A stretch of DNA of 64,000 nucleotides from Antedon mediterranea (lineage: Eukaryota > Animalia > Echinodermata): positions 5,850,101-5,914,100 of the forward strand of contig NC_092677.1 of NCBI RefSeq assembly GCF_964355755.1, read 5' to 3'. The stretch's first letter is position 1. Every line of letters starts with the position of its first letter. This document shows positions 61,901 through 64,000 of the stretch, in pieces. The position numbers and the translations under genes were made by a program. Below the pieces are notes generated by a model. That model had not been told where the DNA came from. It ran no database searches and was given only the letters and a program-made list of their open reading frames with translations.

Positions 61901-63221
61901 AACAATTATTGTATTATGTTGATTCCCGTCAAAGCAGTGCAAAAGCAGCCGGAAATTACTAATAGTTACTAATACTAACAAAACAAACATCAACTTAGAA
62001 ATGTTATGTGACTTTTAATAATCTTATTCTCACTGTGAACGACCAGTACATCTCACTTCCTATTTCAATGACCGTTTATGCTTTACGACATTCGTCATTA
62101 TCAATCACGCGTAACGGATTGTAACTAGTGCCATCACATAACATAACGTAGTTACAACTTTGTAGTTTGAATTATAACAAGAGGCTACAACATTAGTTTC
62201 CTATCAATAAGGTCAAATGTTTAAAAAAGCGTATTAACGGCTATTAAGAAAGCAGTCAGTAAATAGACCTAGTTATGATGACAAGTGCCATTAATGCTGT
62301 AAACGAGGTGTCACCACTCGGTAGAATTTGTTATTTAAAAGAAAGTCAATTTATTTTAAAATCGACCGGTTCTTTTGATTTCGTATCACTAGATCGCTCA
62401 ACTATAATATGATATTGTTTTTTATAGCAACACTAAGCAATAACATATTTGTTCAGCCCGTTCTGTTAAAAATTGCATGCGTTATTAATCATTCATTATA
62501 TCTCACAACAACTTTTTGTCGCTGATCATATTAATAATAATTTATGTTTGAATTATTGTTATTTATTTTAATTTCAGTTCAACTCCAACCGCAAGGTAAT
62601 TTCTAATTACGGAATGTGAACCCGTTTTCTATACTAAGTATTTAAGATACTAATCCCCTTGAACAGTCTGGTCGATAAAATTATAATATTTTATTAGTAC
62701 AGTACATACAAATATATAACCTTGCATGATAGATATGTTTCAAATATTTGTTTTCAAATTTTTCACAATTTTGAATACTTTTTTTAAAAAACTATACCAG
62801 CATACGACATTTTAAAGTGTGTTGTGGTACGCCATGTGCAGGCCTATAGAAGACGTTGTATCTTAACAACCGAAACATCAATACATTTTCATACTTTAAT
62901 TTATTTTCTTTTGGAAACACATGGTGTACTGCAACTAACTTTACCAGTGCTTATTCGCCATGCAACCATTTACATTTTACGAAACTTATTGTATGATATA
63001 CAATTTAAATGTTATGTTTTGTGTGAACGTTAAGTTATAATAATTACTGATATTATGGTATTAGTTATTTAACTGATGTATTTAATGTATAGGTTCAAAT
63101 CACACTTTTATATACACCAGTAGTGTAACAGCCGAGAGTATGTCGACGGTGCGACTACTATGCAGAGTGGACAACATTCCATTTACTACTGATATCGTTC
63201 ATTGGTATATAATACCAGACG
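55922..63221 (+). CDS. 5' part of a second secreted/membrane Ig-superfamily protein (continues beyond window)
   Basis: Phase-1 exons 55922-55973 (signal MAWTYIYVVIFMLRVTS; upstream in-frame ATG at 55874), 61576-61764 (SHDIVVGTT..C..C..NKTDTNVTKTVN), an 18-nt microexon 62578-62595 (VQLQPQ) and 63093-63221 (..STVRLLCRVDNIPFTTDIVHWY.., Ig B-strand Cys and C-strand Trp). All GT-AG and in frame. Confidence 0.6.
58097..58138. repeat. (TTGAA)n pentanucleotide microsatellite
   Basis: Tandem ATTGA/TTGAA run. Confidence 0.95.
60559..60875 (+). mobile_element. tRNA-derived SINE (Meta-SINE-like core)
   Basis: GAGTGAGTG..GTTAAGA..GGGTTCGAGCCTCACTCGC..GTTCTGGTGGTAGAACGAG..GGATAAGGGCTATAAACCGTAGGTCCAGTGTACA..GGGGTTACCCCGG; homologous to 40732-41028. 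Confidence 0.85.
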
Positions 63222-63619
63222 GTTAGTAATGCATTGAAAGGTTTGTATAAGCAAGGCAATCTAACAACAGAACACTGAGCAGCTCAGTGTAGCAGAGATA
63301 GGAACATGTTACTGTCCTTTGACCTTATGTGTGGTTACGACAAATTCCTACAGTACTGTACTATGTACATTATTCTCCGCGGCGTGTTGTCTTTTAAGGG
63401 GCGTGGAACAACTGATCATGTCGCAGCCACAGAGTGACACTTTGATTTCTGGAGCTTGGCATTCTGTTGTCAGATTGCCTTTGTATAAGCAGGGAAGAGT
63501 AATTTGGTATAATGGAGTATGTATGTAGGCCTATTTGATAGCAGTAGACAACATTGAGGAAGTTAATATACGACTTCATTTAATCCTGTCGTTATGAATG
63601 TTGCACTGTATATACTGCA

Positions 63620-63768
63620 AAAGCAAACTGGTTTGGCAACAAAAGTGTGATATGCATAAATAAGGTTATGATATGCCCAAATATGGTAGTGATATGTCAT
63701 CACAATGTCTATATTATGAGCACATCAGATGTTTTTGTCACATAAAGGTTGATAGTGCAGACAGAGCT
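63620..63768. mobile_element. Harbinger-like MITE, family B (partial)
   Basis: CCCAAATATGGTAGTGATATG..GATAGTGCAGACAGAGCT. Confidence 0.65.
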
Positions 63769-64000
63769 TGGACTCTAAGTAGACCTTCACCACAAAAAAA
63801 AAGAATAATCATACTACCGAGTCTTCGTTGTAAAATGTGAATGTAAAACATAAAATAATAATAAATATAAAATAAAAAATAAAATAATATAATTCTCTTT
63901 CCTTTAAAAAAAATACAAATTCTATACAGTAATATGAAAGAGTGGGCAAATTTAGGAAAGCCAAAGCTTGTGTCAGGAAATAATTTGAGAAAAAAACAGG

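Overview
This is AT-rich, intron-containing animal genomic DNA, not prokaryotic. It is probably a marine invertebrate deuterostome such as an echinoderm; that is an inference from gene structure and repeat types. I stitched exons by hand using GT-AG sites and frame continuity. In order, the window holds: (1) a decayed CR1/L2-type LINE; (2) a complete 5-exon + strand gene for a 321-aa type I membrane protein with two Ig domains and a C-terminal SGYDEV tyrosine motif; (3) a complete 10-exon - strand glucocerebrosidase (GBA1-like, GH30, 561 aa) with an unusual GPI-signal-like tail; (4) a candidate small spliced - strand gene encoding a 57-aa microprotein; (5) GABPA (OST-PNT-ETS, 11 coding exons, 413 aa); (6) CHEK1 (12 coding exons, 470 aa); (7) the 5' part of a second signal-peptide/Ig-domain gene running off the window end. 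Introns and intergenic DNA carry many MITEs (Mutator-like with 9-bp CCGG-centred TSDs, Harbinger-like, Kolobok-like), a Helentron-like element, tRNA- and 5S-derived SINEs and microsatellites. The most interesting signals are the apparently GPI-anchored glucocerebrosidase, the ITIM/Nck-motif Ig receptor, an IgSF-GBA-GABPA-CHEK1-IgSF linkage that mirrors the vertebrate 1q/11q/21q JAM-nectin paralogon, CCGG-targeting modular MITEs, and a duplicated CHEK1 exon that could act as a poison exon. Repeat family names come from remembered structural hallmarks, not from database searches.
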